Under the pieces are notes generated by a model. It did not search any database, had not been told where the DNA came from, and worked only from the letters and a program-made list of their open reading frames with translations. DNA of 57,437 nucleotides, taken from NCBI GenBank assembly GCA_017544725.1, contig JAFYDR010000317.1, forward strand, positions 1-57,437. The letters are read 5' to 3'. Of the stretch, positions 10,547-20,791 are shown piece by piece. This stretch comes from Kiritimatiellia bacterium. Its GTDB lineage: Bacteria; Verrucomicrobiota; Kiritimatiellia; RFP12; UBA1067. A program made the translations under genes and the position numbers. Positions within the stretch are counted from its first letter, which is position 1. Each line of letters starts with the position of its first letter.

Positions 10547-11893
10547 TCAGTTCTTCTCCGAAAGAGGCGGGATGGCACGGATGAGCCAGCGGCGTTTGAC
10601 GGTAATACAAGAGTGGCTGTAGAGGTCGTGCATCGTCTGTGGTGCGTGTCCAGTAATACTGTCCGTAATGCCGGAGGGACATCCCGCCTCATCCATGCGC
10701 GTGATGAACGAGGCGCGGAAGGAGTGCATGGAGGCGCGTCCCCGATGATCGTCGCGAACACCCGCCGCAATCATGACTCGTTTGACGACGGAGGTGATAC
10801 GCGTCGGATGGTAAGTGTAGGTCTCATGTAGGCAAGGAAAGAGCCAGCCTGTCGGCGGTTTGGAATAACGAACCATGCGGCTGACGAGGAGTGTCACGAT
10901 CTCAGGGAGGTAAGGGATTTCCAACGGCCACGGTTTGGTTCCCTTCGTCTTGGGCGGAATATGGAGAAAAAAGTCCGTGTTCAGTTTCGTATTGAAGTCC
11001 TCCCAACGGAGGTTGGCGAGCGACCCGACGCGCATCCCGTAGTTCCAGGCGAAGAAAAGCGCATCGTGTAAATCGTCGTAGAGTTGCGCGTCAATCACCC
11101 TTCGGCGGTCGGCGTCCCCGGGACGACAACGGATGATCCGCCCCCGGTCGGGAGCGCAACGTAGATCTCGTTCTCGCTGCAACTGGTGGTGGAATGCTCT
11201 TGCCTCTTCGAGCGAGAGCCGCCGATACCGAAACACGCCAGTCCGCTCTTTCGGCTGGAGACGCAATCCGGTATTCCACGGATTCAGCGCATCCGGCCAA
11301 ATTGTCTGCCAAATTCGCTTCAATGTATTGAGTTCCGTTCGTGCGGAGATCTTGGTGGCGAAAAGGTGACGCGTGTACTCTTCTGCGAGTGGACGGGTAA
11401 TCTCATCGGCGTATTCGACAACCGTCCAGTTCTGAAAATTGCGCAAAATCTGTCGGTAACATCGAAGACTTGACGATGCCACTTGATACTTCTGCGTGAA
11501 AAGGAACCAGATGTCGGAAAGTGTAACCCTCGGGTGTGGTTCATGCGATGATTCGGGTAGGGCAGGATGTTGGATTTCAGGTGACTGAACGGCAGTTCTA
11601 GAAACATCGGTATCGTGAACAGCACGCGACTGAATGACACGCAGAAGGATTGAGATCGCTTCCGCAAGATTGGGCACGGAAAGGCTCGGCAGAGAGGTGG
11701 TCAGAACTAGCGCACGGCGACTCGCCTCTTCCGCGTTGCGAGTACGAAGGCTGACCGACACATGCCCACTCGGTGTACTCGGCAAAGGGAACCGATAGTA
11801 GAAAGTTCCGACCTTGGGAGAAGCCGCAGAACAGTATCTGCCGTTGACACGTTTGTACAAAAAACCACAAGTAGGAGTCAGAATGGGTTCCAT
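10547..11893 (-). CDS. Tyrosine recombinase/integrase
   Basis: Catalytic set GMRVGSL (R), KTK (K), HSFR (HxxR), TGH (H), LYSH (Y); N-terminal arm-like SLRTRN segment. Confidence 0.9.
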   Translation of the reverse strand: MEPILTPTCGFLYKRVNGRYCSAASPKVGTFYYRFPLPSTPSGHVSVSLRTRNAEEASRRALVLTTSLPSLSVPNLAEAISILLRVIQSRAVHDTDVSRTAVQSPEIQHPALPESSHEPHPRVTLSDIWFLFTQKYQVASSSLRCYRQILRNFQNWTVVEYADEITRPLAEEYTRHLFATKISARTELNTLKRIWQTIWPDALNPWNTGLRLQPKERTGVFRYRRLSLEEARAFHHQLQRERDLRCAPDRGRIIRCRPGDADRRRVIDAQLYDDLHDALFFAWNYGMRVGSLANLRWEDFNTKLNTDFFLHIPPKTKGTKPWPLEIPYLPEIVTLLVSRMVRYSKPPTGWLFPCLHETYTYHPTRITSVVKRVMIAAGVRDDHRGRASMHSFRASFITRMDEAGCPSGITDSITGHAPQTMHDLYSHSCITVKRRWLIRAIPPLSEKN

Positions 11894-11952
11894 AAAAAAA
11901 TCCTCTCTTTCCACAAAGAGAGGATTTCAAAAGAAAGGGAACTAAAAACAGG

Positions 11953-12255
11953 TTAGCGTTGTTCGGAATTAAAGACAAAGACCAATTCACCGGGCTGCGC
12001 CTGACGCGCCTCGCGCGCTAAAAACTCCACAAAACTGGGGTCATTCTTAAAACGCTGTTGTTTGGTCTTGAGCGATTGGATTTCGTTTTCCAAGTCCCGA
12101 ATCTCCTGATCCTGCTCATCTCGTTGATTTTGCAAACCATGCAGCTGCTTGATAATCGGATTACAGAACATGATACCGCCTCCGATCACGGCAATCATCA
12201 GCACGATGAACGACACCTTCTTGAAGACGGACGAAATCTGACTCTTCTCGCTCAC
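11953..12255 (-). CDS. ftsB: Septum formation initiator FtsB/DivIC family protein
   Basis: One TM helix, a coiled coil, and DPSFVEFLAREA...PGELVF; GTG start with an AAAGGGGG SD. Confidence 0.8.
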   Translation of the reverse strand: MSEKSQISSVFKKVSFIVLMIAVIGGGIMFCNPIIKQLHGLQNQRDEQDQEIRDLENEIQSLKTKQQRFKNDPSFVEFLAREARQAQPGELVFVFNSEQR

Positions 12256-12360
12256 AATCAACCCCCTTTGCGCGAAACCTACAGTCACATGAAACAATGA
12301 ATAGATTATACAACATTATTTTTCATAAGTCAATCAAGAGATACAAAAAAGTTTCATGTG

Positions 12361-12898
12361 GGGTGCATCTGCGTATTTCACCGTCGTCTTTTGAAAGTGA
12401 AACAACAGAAACAATAACTTCGCTACGCGAAGTAGTGACGAGTGACGAATGACGAGTGACAGGCGGCGAAGCCGCCAGCTGAGAAGCCGAGGTACTTCGC
12501 ATAGTGACGAGTGAAAAGTGACGAGGAATTTCGCCACTCCTGTTAGTCCCGTCGGTCTCGCTAGTCCCGTGCGGTGGGCGCGGCACTTAGCCGAAGGGCA
12601 CTTAGCCACGCAGTGGCACTTAGTCCCGCAGGGATACTTAACCTAAAGCGGCACTTGCCACTTTCCCAACTACCGAACCACCCAACCACCGAAGCGTGAG
12701 CACCACGCCCGCGCCCGAATAGTCCGTCCCATAAAGGTTACGGGACAATAATACCAAATGATTGTCGCGGTAAAGGCAAAGGAGAGATGATGCACGGACC
12801 GGTTGGTCCGCGCACCTCTTTCAGTTGTTGTCTTCAAGTTGTTCTGGTTGTTTCCAAAATCCTCTCGTGCGTACGGAATGGGTAACGCTGATGCGTCC
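12361..12898. mobile_element. Expanded MITE-like mosaic element (538 bp)
   Basis: Left end GGGTGCATCTGCGTATTTCACC, degenerate right end ...GATGCGTCC; subterminal arms match 21811 and 44661; interior filled with repeat modules. Confidence 0.75.
12585..12656 (+). repeat. ACTTA-spaced GNA mini-hairpin array
   Basis: ACTTA-GCCGAAGGGC-ACTTA-GCCACGCAGTGGC-ACTTA-GTCCCGCAGGGAT-ACTTA. Confidence 0.8.
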
Positions 12899-12966
12899 TC
12901 TTAATTCTTCTCAGCCTCTCAGCTTCCCCGCTGGCGGCTCAGCCGCTTACTGCCTAACGCCTATTC

Positions 12967-13698
12967 CTACGGCTCCCAGTTTTCTTGGATACGCTGGGGT
13001 TGCCAACGCGGGCGAGCGCCAAAGAGAACGGTGCCGAGGCGAAGCCAGGTAGCGCCTTCCTCCACAGCCTGAAGGTAGTCGTGGCTCATGCCCATTGAGA
13101 GTCGAGGCAGACCGATTCCGAATGTCTCCTGCCAATGGTCGCGCAATTCGCGAAGACGAGCGAAAACGGGGCGGGCGAATTCCGGATCAGGCGCAAACGG
13201 GGCTATCGTCATCAAACCGGTCAGAGTCAAGGCCCGACAGGAGAGTGCCACCTCCAGCACGGCAGGGGCGGCATCAGGACGAACGCCGGACTTGCTGGAT
13301 TCCCCTGACACGTTTACCTCCAGCAGAACTTCGGGGCGTGCCCCACACTCGTCCGCGATACGTTCGATACGCTGAAGCAACTCGACACTATCGACGGAGT
13401 GAATGGTTGAGAAAAGCTCCAGCGCAGGGCGCACCTTATTTTTCTGCAGATGACCAATCAGATGCCATTCGGCGCCGGGAACGCATTCGGGAATCTTCGC
13501 GGCAGCCTCCTGCACCTTATTCTCGCCGAATTTCGTCAAACCTGCATCCCATGCCTCGCGAATGACATCGGGACCATGCGTTTTCGTCACACCAAGAATC
13601 TCGACCTCATCGGGATTACGCCCCGTACGACGGCAAGCATCCTCCACTTTCGCCTGCACCTCGGCGAGGATATCGGCAACGGGTCTCTCGTTTGTCAT
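12967..13698 (-). CDS. yggS: YggS family PLP homeostasis protein
   Basis: GVTKT, FGENKVQE, WHLIGHLQKNK, GLMT, LSMGMSHDY, RLGTVLFG. Confidence 0.95.
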   Translation of the reverse strand: MTNERPVADILAEVQAKVEDACRRTGRNPDEVEILGVTKTHGPDVIREAWDAGLTKFGENKVQEAAAKIPECVPGAEWHLIGHLQKNKVRPALELFSTIHSVDSVELLQRIERIADECGARPEVLLEVNVSGESSKSGVRPDAAPAVLEVALSCRALTLTGLMTIAPFAPDPEFARPVFARLRELRDHWQETFGIGLPRLSMGMSHDYLQAVEEGATWLRLGTVLFGARPRWQPQRIQENWEP

Positions 13699-13722
13699 GA
13701 CGCAACCTCAATGTCCGCGCCC

Positions 13723-16700
13723 TCACCAGACGGCGGGGGCGGGACAATTTGTCAGCAGACGAATCGACATCGCGCGCTGCTCATCGTATTCCAGTTGCCA
13801 CTTGAAGAACGCCGAGTCCTTCCATTCGCGGAGATGCGGAATACCGTCGGCGAACGGGTAGTTGTCGATCAAGATGCGGCAGGCATGATTCGAGTCCCAC
13901 GAATTTTCATCGAACGTGTACTGACGCGCCGTAATCCACTCGGGATCGGTCAGCTTATGCTTCCCTTTGATCTTGAAGGTCGGGCGATCCAAATCGATAT
14001 TTCCGCGAAGCGCCGTAACATTCTTCGGCTCACCATCGTTACAGGCGAGCGACATCCATGCAGTCAGGAAGATATTTGTACCACCCATCGCACGTTCGAC
14101 CTTTCCGGTGAAACCGCCGTCAAACACATAGCGGTTGGTCGGATCGCAATTCAACCAATACAACTCCATGAAGGAGAGCGTACGGTTCTCCGGCACGCAC
14201 CAGCTGTCATACCGAATCTGATTGTCCGGGAAACTCATCAACCAATTGAGCGCGGTTGGCGGCAACCCGTAGGAGTTCAGTGTCGGGTCGCGTGAAATCC
14301 GAGCCGTGATGTCGGTCGCTTCCTGCACATTGGTGATGACCAGCGTGAAATTGGTCGTAGAATTCTGCGTGAAGTACGCACTGTTCAAGAGGCTCTCGCT
14401 TGTTTGGGAATCCGGATGTGCGGCAGTCAATGAAGTGATACGATACCAGTTGCGCGTATCGTACACGATGTTGGTCGCACCGGTCCCCTTCGGCAACTTG
14501 AAGGAGAGTTTCCTCGTTGTACCGTTTTGGAGCCCGTAGTCGGACGGCGAGATAACGGCTGTGACAACCACATTGGAGAGCCCTGCGTAGATTTCGGGAA
14601 CCTGCGGCAGAATCTGCATGAGGTTCGGTGCGCCGGGCGTCCAGACCTGTGTACCGACAGGGAAGGCGCGTTTCTTCTCAATGTAGTCGGATTCGTCCCC
14701 TTCCAGCACCAACGTACACCAGTCACGGGTGGTGGAATCCACGCAATTGGTCACGCTGAGTGAGGCATTGGGTATATCGGCGCCAACATACACAAGCTTG
14801 CCTTCTGGATCGAGCGCGGCAAAATCAACGCCATCTAAATCCTCGTACGCATACGCCACAGTATCCTCATACATCCCCAACGGACGTTTCACGCGGACAC
14901 CGCCATAGTCACCATTCAGGTAATTCAAAAAGTCCGTGATATACATATCCACGTTCGTCAGCGCGGGCGAGTACTCCCGTCCCCGGCTGGCGATCAGGAA
15001 GAAGGCGTAGCCATTGGTAACTTCCTCCTTTCCTTCCATCGTGATATCCAAAGCTTTCGTCACGGAACGCTCACTCTCGATGTTGATCGTCCAATTCCGC
15101 AAATCCATATCTGCCGGAATCGCCAGCTCGACATACGGGTTCATATTCGCCTGGGCATTGACATAGGAGTTCCGATTTTCGTAGGAGTTGATCTCGTTCA
15201 CGAACACCGTACCCAACGGGATGCGGTACACGATGAAGTACGGCGACCAACCCTCGTACCGCTCGTTCAGGTCAATCGGATAGTACCAAGACGGATTGGT
15301 GAAGGAATCCTTCTTCTGCACCTGGAAGTAGGAATTGACGTTCTGTGCGTCGGAGTAGAGCGCCCAAACACAGAACTGGACAATCGCGTTCTCCTCTTGG
15401 AACGGAATATCGTTCTCAATCGACGTACGGAACAACTGCGGATCATCCGGATCTGGATACATCCGCAAAGTGGTCGGTTGCAAAGAACGCCAGTTGCTCC
15501 GATTCGGTTCGCCCCAGAGGTTCGCGATACCCCACGTGTTCGTTCCCACATGGTAACTGACGAACACATTGATATTCGAAGGAGACATCCGAAGGTTGGT
15601 CAGACGCGCCTCAATACCGATCAGATCGGAGACGAGCGGCTGTTCACACACCTCATACTCGCCCCTGTTGTTGTGACGCAACAACTTCACGTCATTGATG
15701 TCAAATCCCGGATAGATCGGCTCGCAAACTGCCACATTCTCCAAACAGACACGAGGCTTGTCGCCGTCTTTACTCATCTGGAAGCGGATCGCTTTGTACT
15801 TCTCGCCATCAAAGTCCTCCAATTCAGAAGATGTCTTGGAGTAAACCGTGTAGTACTGAGAATTCACATTCGTAATCGTCAGAGATTCGAGATAGACCCA
15901 ATTCGTCGTATCGGTATTCCAATCCTCGTCCGTCATGCCCCAGACATCAATCGAGGTATCCGCATCGGTCGCATTGTACTTGCGAGCCTCCAAACGGATT
16001 TCTCCCACACCATTAAGCAGCAACGGTGTCTTCAGGTATGGGTCAAAGACATCCATCGGGGAGATGTCTGCATTAACATCCCGAGTTGTGGAATTGTTAA
16101 GGAAGAGCATCTTGCTCTCATCTAGAGCAATGCGGTCGCGATCGGTGTCCGTCGCCAATCCGTTGTATGTCTTCCACGAAGTGTTCGAAGGCTGCGGATA
16201 ATCCCATGCCGTCATGTTGTCGAATCGGACAATCCCTTCAGTATTTCCGACTCGCTCGTTCAACACGCGGAAGTAGCCGCCATTCGTATTACCGAGATAG
16301 GCGGTGATATGCTTCCACCCAGTCGCACTAGTTTCCGTCCATGTGGAGACGTCGTGCCAAGTCGAGCCATACAGAGACTTCTCCTGCACAGTCAGGTGCG
16401 ACGAACCGGAAACAATCTTGTAGTCGAAGGAGAGTTGCCCGTGTCCGTTCTCCAATGCGGGGGACTGGATATACTGTTCCGAGGAACTCTTCGACCGGGA
16501 AGTGTCCAATTCCACGACTCTCCCACGTGCAGTGACAGTATCGTTCGTCACCCATCCTTCGTACATCGACCACTCGTCATTGCCACCTGTCTGCGTCTTG
16601 CCATGCCAGCTACGCGAAACAATCGCATCGATCGCGATATCCGCAGAGCCACCATTCTGGAGTTTCACATGATAAGATGTCGCCGTTTGGGGCGAATAAG

Positions 16701-19700
16701 AGAAGTCTTTATACGAATAACTACCCACCGTAAACGTTTGCGCCAACTCCCATCCGTGGTCAGTTGGATCTGTCCTGTACTCGTAATTGTTGACAGGCTG
16801 CACATAAAGGTAGAGACGCTGCGAAGGTGTCAACGAAGTGATTGTTTGATTCGCAATGTTGTAACGGGAGGACGGCCAGCGCCAGTTATAGTTCGCACTA
16901 GCAGAATCGGCAATCAACCGCCTCGTGTTTTCAACTGCCGGACTTGTCTTTGGATCATCCCAAGATCTGATAAGACCAATATCTAACTGGCCGAAGTTCC
17001 CCTCGCAATTTGCGATCAACACACCAACATTACCATTGGTCAATTTCTGACTGGTTGAATCCGTGAAATAAAGCGCATCCGTGCCAAACCCACCGCGAAT
17101 ATACACACTCTCGCCAGCAGTAAATAGGCTCAACACCAATGTTCGAGAAGATGCAAGAGACTTCAATGTTCCGCTCAACACACCAGAACTCTGCGTAAGG
17201 ATGGTCGGCGTCCCGTTATTCCAGCGGTACAGAGCAATTCGACATTGTTTTGTTGTAAGAGCTGCTGTAGCTGATACAGGTCGCGTCTGCGTCACGCGAA
17301 ATTCATAAAACGAATTGTCACTCGTGATATACCCCAACAATGAGACGGAAAACTCCTCTTCAGATTCCCCTGTAATCGTAGCCTTGGAGGAAAAACTATA
17401 GTTTTTAGGAATCGTACCGCCCGTAGTCGGCATAGACGATCCGATATACTGCACCATCTGTTCCGGTGTAAGCGGTGTATTCACACGCGCCTTGAAGGAG
17501 ATGGATTTCAATCCATCCATGAGTGAATCCTTGGCGGTTGTGAGATAACCGAAACTGGTGATTCCATTGGTATTCATCGAAGAGGTCAGCATATCGCCAC
17601 CGATCAACCGTAACGCGACGTTCCCGAAACTATCGCGCGACTGCGTTGTGGCTGTCCAATAAGGGTTGTTGGCCTCGTCTGCCCGCACGATTTCCGACAC
17701 ATAGGTCGCGTTATATGCTTTAATGAGATCTTCCGTTTCGAATTCCAACCGATAGGTATTCGGCATCACAGCCGGGAATTTGAAATAGGCATTATGCAGA
17801 TCGTCTTCACTCTTGTTCCAGCTATCAAAGTTTTCCTTGAACGCGGTCGCATCCGGCTGGGCGTAGGTCGTAGCAAAGAAATTCGTGTACGACTGCCAGT
17901 CGTTGAAGTTCTGGTACTCAGCACGACAGACCTTGTATTCCATCAAGTTCAGGTCCAACGTAACCGCCGCATACGCGCCTCCCGTCACGCGAAATTTCAT
18001 CCGATGTTCATGATCCGTCTCCTGACAGGAACCACCGGTCGGAGCATAGGCAGTCACGCTGGTGGACTGTGCCAACTCCGCCCAGCACCGATAGGTCGTG
18101 TCTAACTGATGATCAAAGAAACCATCTGCATTCGTCACAGCGACATACGTGTTGGTCGTAAACATCCAGCACTCGAACGTGCCGTCATCCAACGAACGCA
18201 ACGGGAGATACGCACGCCAAACATTGTCTCCGATCAACTCCATGTGGAACGGTTCATCCTGAATGGTAGTACCGATCTGCATATCCCCGATATCTGAGGC
18301 ATAACGGCGCAATCGCACGAAGAACTCGCGTTCTCCACCCAGTTCCGTGTTCCGCAAAAGCCGAGGGGACAGCGATTCGGAATGCTCGCTCGAATTCGGC
18401 CAGTAGGTGTGACCAAGCCCCGTGTAATCGACTGGGATGAACCGAAAGCCGTCAAAATTACAGACAAAGTAGTACTCCAAATCACCAACACGCTCCTGCT
18501 CAGGAATCGCACCAGTGTACAACTCGCCATTCCCAGCACCGTCATCGCCTTCTGCTCCTGGCACATATTCCATCGTACTGGTTGTCCACGCACCAATCGA
18601 CTGGTCTAAATAGCGCCAACGATAGACCACCTGCACATTACGATCCTCCCACGCGGTTGGCACATTCGTATCGACATTGCTCACGCGGCAACGAATGGTC
18701 AACCTCTGCCCAGGTGTCGGATAACCGGGATCAAACGACAGAGGTTCCTGCTCAATCTTCACATCAGAGGGAGGTGACGACACTTGAATGTTATCAATTG
18801 CCAAAAAGTATGCATCTGGATAGGCGGAAAACCCGCTTGCTACGTCATTCGAGGTAATCACTGAACTCCGACAAATGCGAAAACGTATCGGCTCGTGGTA
18901 ATTGAGCGTATGCTGGAAACGCACAAATCCCTCCGAGTTATGCACCGAGTTTTGTGCCATGTTTAGATTCGTGGAACAGACAGTAGTCCAGTTGTTCGAG
19001 AAAATGTGCGCAATGTCCCCCGTTTCGTTCGAAACAACAAGCTCATCCAGATCAGAAATGTAATTCGTGTAAGCATTCCGCGTTACCCAGTCGAACATAT
19101 TTGTAGCGATTTGCAGTTGAATCTCTCCACCTTGTGTTAAAACATTAACAGCGTCAAAATATATCGTACCAATACCGTCAGAATAACATGGTGACTCGAC
19201 ACGTGCATTCAGTGTATTGTTTAAATTCGCCTGATAATTGGTAAGTCCAGGCACATATTGCTGCGGTCCTATATAATTTGCATTTGGGTTTCTCATCCAT
19301 GCGCTAGAACCAGTCTTTGCATCAATCACTTGCCACCCCACATTGTGGAAATGATTCGAACCATTCAAAAGAAACCGCCTAAAAAATGTCGGCAACGACG
19401 CGATTGGAGCGACATCGCTCGGAGCACCACCTTCGTGTTTCCACTGCCCACCGAAATAATCCCCATAATCAGTCCCATCCGTCCATTTATTGAAGAGCAT
19501 CAGGCGGTTCGTATCCAGTTCCGAGGTACTTTTCGGTATCGACCACTTCGAAACATCTTTGCTACTCACAACTGACTGCATGGTGATCACTGGTTCCCCG
19601 CCATCTGTCCAATAAGTGACTCCTGTCTGCGTATAATCGGTGGGGAAATACCGACCGCCCGTCACCGAACATTCGTAGTAGTAATCCACCGCAGTGGTTT

Positions 19701-20766
19701 CCGCCGGAAACTCGATCACGCCCTCGTAGTTTTCGTTGTTTCCTGAACCATCTCCCGTGCCAGGGCTATAAGTCAACAGCTGAGAAGAGTATGCAGATAC
19801 GATGGACGACTTGTAAAAAATTCGGACCGTGCGCATCTCGTGCGAGGAATAGAGCAACGCCGAGGATGAAGTATCAAAATCAGCATTCGAAACACGGCAA
19901 TTGACATTCGCCTGCGAAAGCAATCCCGGCACTTTGGAGATTTCGCCGCTCTGTACCCGCACACTATGTCGGGGATAAGAGACGCAGATGTTATCGACCG
20001 CAAGAAATGCGACATCCGTATAATTTTCTGTGACGCTCGTATCGACCGTCGTGCGAACAATCTTGAAGCAGACAGGCTGGAAAAGATCCAACGATTTCTG
20101 ATAACGATCCCATTCCGTCTGAGTCGCATCTAACGCACGGCTTAATGTCATCGTGTCAATCTCGAACCAATTGTAAGCCCATGTAGAGGACTCCTGCGCC
20201 AACAACGGTCCGTAGGTGTCGAGAATAGTCCTATGGACCATATTTGTGGCAATTTGAATCGAGAGTGTACCGGATGCCGTCGAATTGTTCACCGCATCAA
20301 AGTAAATCGTACCGATACCTTCAGCATAAACAGGTGATTCAATTCGTGCCCCCAGTGTATTGTGCAAACTCGCCTGCCAGTTTGTCGTCAATCCGATTGA
20401 AGCATTGTTGTACTCTTGTGGAGCAATATAATTTTTTGTTGATTGGCTCAAATAGGAGGACGATCCAACACTTCCTGAATACACTCGCCATCCGGAAGTG
20501 TGGAAATGGTTGGTTCCGGGTAAAAGCCAAGATCTCCGAAACGGTATCTGGAATACTGGGGCAGAACCACTATTATTCGGCGCACCGCCCTCATGCGTCC
20601 ATCCGCCGTAGTATTCACCGTAATCCTCGCCGTCTGTCCAACGGTTGAACAGCATCCGGCGTTCAACAGGAAGGGAAACGGTGGTATTATCATCATCTAT
20701 GTGTACCTGGGCGGATACAACACCCGCCAAGGCGATGAGGAGTAGGGAAAAACACTTTCTCTTCAT
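13723..20766 (-). CDS. 2347-aa secreted protein of unknown function with an internal tandem duplication
   Basis: Signal peptide MKRKCFSLLLIALAGVVSA. Duplicated domain (MLFNRWTDGEDYG / MLFNKWTDGTDYG), repeated GIGTIYFDA, lamin-tail-like VFVNEIN. Confidence 0.85.
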   Translation of the reverse strand: MKRKCFSLLLIALAGVVSAQVHIDDDNTTVSLPVERRMLFNRWTDGEDYGEYYGGWTHEGGAPNNSGSAPVFQIPFRRSWLLPGTNHFHTSGWRVYSGSVGSSSYLSQSTKNYIAPQEYNNASIGLTTNWQASLHNTLGARIESPVYAEGIGTIYFDAVNNSTASGTLSIQIATNMVHRTILDTYGPLLAQESSTWAYNWFEIDTMTLSRALDATQTEWDRYQKSLDLFQPVCFKIVRTTVDTSVTENYTDVAFLAVDNICVSYPRHSVRVQSGEISKVPGLLSQANVNCRVSNADFDTSSSALLYSSHEMRTVRIFYKSSIVSAYSSQLLTYSPGTGDGSGNNENYEGVIEFPAETTAVDYYYECSVTGGRYFPTDYTQTGVTYWTDGGEPVITMQSVVSSKDVSKWSIPKSTSELDTNRLMLFNKWTDGTDYGDYFGGQWKHEGGAPSDVAPIASLPTFFRRFLLNGSNHFHNVGWQVIDAKTGSSAWMRNPNANYIGPQQYVPGLTNYQANLNNTLNARVESPCYSDGIGTIYFDAVNVLTQGGEIQLQIATNMFDWVTRNAYTNYISDLDELVVSNETGDIAHIFSNNWTTVCSTNLNMAQNSVHNSEGFVRFQHTLNYHEPIRFRICRSSVITSNDVASGFSAYPDAYFLAIDNIQVSSPPSDVKIEQEPLSFDPGYPTPGQRLTIRCRVSNVDTNVPTAWEDRNVQVVYRWRYLDQSIGAWTTSTMEYVPGAEGDDGAGNGELYTGAIPEQERVGDLEYYFVCNFDGFRFIPVDYTGLGHTYWPNSSEHSESLSPRLLRNTELGGEREFFVRLRRYASDIGDMQIGTTIQDEPFHMELIGDNVWRAYLPLRSLDDGTFECWMFTTNTYVAVTNADGFFDHQLDTTYRCWAELAQSTSVTAYAPTGGSCQETDHEHRMKFRVTGGAYAAVTLDLNLMEYKVCRAEYQNFNDWQSYTNFFATTYAQPDATAFKENFDSWNKSEDDLHNAYFKFPAVMPNTYRLEFETEDLIKAYNATYVSEIVRADEANNPYWTATTQSRDSFGNVALRLIGGDMLTSSMNTNGITSFGYLTTAKDSLMDGLKSISFKARVNTPLTPEQMVQYIGSSMPTTGGTIPKNYSFSSKATITGESEEEFSVSLLGYITSDNSFYEFRVTQTRPVSATAALTTKQCRIALYRWNNGTPTILTQSSGVLSGTLKSLASSRTLVLSLFTAGESVYIRGGFGTDALYFTDSTSQKLTNGNVGVLIANCEGNFGQLDIGLIRSWDDPKTSPAVENTRRLIADSASANYNWRWPSSRYNIANQTITSLTPSQRLYLYVQPVNNYEYRTDPTDHGWELAQTFTVGSYSYKDFSYSPQTATSYHVKLQNGGSADIAIDAIVSRSWHGKTQTGGNDEWSMYEGWVTNDTVTARGRVVELDTSRSKSSSEQYIQSPALENGHGQLSFDYKIVSGSSHLTVQEKSLYGSTWHDVSTWTETSATGWKHITAYLGNTNGGYFRVLNERVGNTEGIVRFDNMTAWDYPQPSNTSWKTYNGLATDTDRDRIALDESKMLFLNNSTTRDVNADISPMDVFDPYLKTPLLLNGVGEIRLEARKYNATDADTSIDVWGMTDEDWNTDTTNWVYLESLTITNVNSQYYTVYSKTSSELEDFDGEKYKAIRFQMSKDGDKPRVCLENVAVCEPIYPGFDINDVKLLRHNNRGEYEVCEQPLVSDLIGIEARLTNLRMSPSNINVFVSYHVGTNTWGIANLWGEPNRSNWRSLQPTTLRMYPDPDDPQLFRTSIENDIPFQEENAIVQFCVWALYSDAQNVNSYFQVQKKDSFTNPSWYYPIDLNERYEGWSPYFIVYRIPLGTVFVNEINSYENRNSYVNAQANMNPYVELAIPADMDLRNWTINIESERSVTKALDITMEGKEEVTNGYAFFLIASRGREYSPALTNVDMYITDFLNYLNGDYGGVRVKRPLGMYEDTVAYAYEDLDGVDFAALDPEGKLVYVGADIPNASLSVTNCVDSTTRDWCTLVLEGDESDYIEKKRAFPVGTQVWTPGAPNLMQILPQVPEIYAGLSNVVVTAVISPSDYGLQNGTTRKLSFKLPKGTGATNIVYDTRNWYRITSLTAAHPDSQTSESLLNSAYFTQNSTTNFTLVITNVQEATDITARISRDPTLNSYGLPPTALNWLMSFPDNQIRYDSWCVPENRTLSFMELYWLNCDPTNRYVFDGGFTGKVERAMGGTNIFLTAWMSLACNDGEPKNVTALRGNIDLDRPTFKIKGKHKLTDPEWITARQYTFDENSWDSNHACRILIDNYPFADGIPHLREWKDSAFFKWQLEYDEQRAMSIRLLTNCPAPAVW

Positions 20767-20791
20767 GGTTCACTCCTTTCCATCAACATTA

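Noticed and set aside
10547-11893. Recombinase as an integron integrase or prophage integrase
   Set aside because: I see no IntI-specific insertion, attC cassette array, phage genes or att direct repeats.
12323-12609. Short ORFs in intergenic gaps (also 45-317, 21721-21918, 26140-26558, 32600-33145, 44942-45229)
   Set aside because: They are translations of the repeat modules (recurring SLVIRH, ASQPLS, KYADAP peptides), not independent genes.
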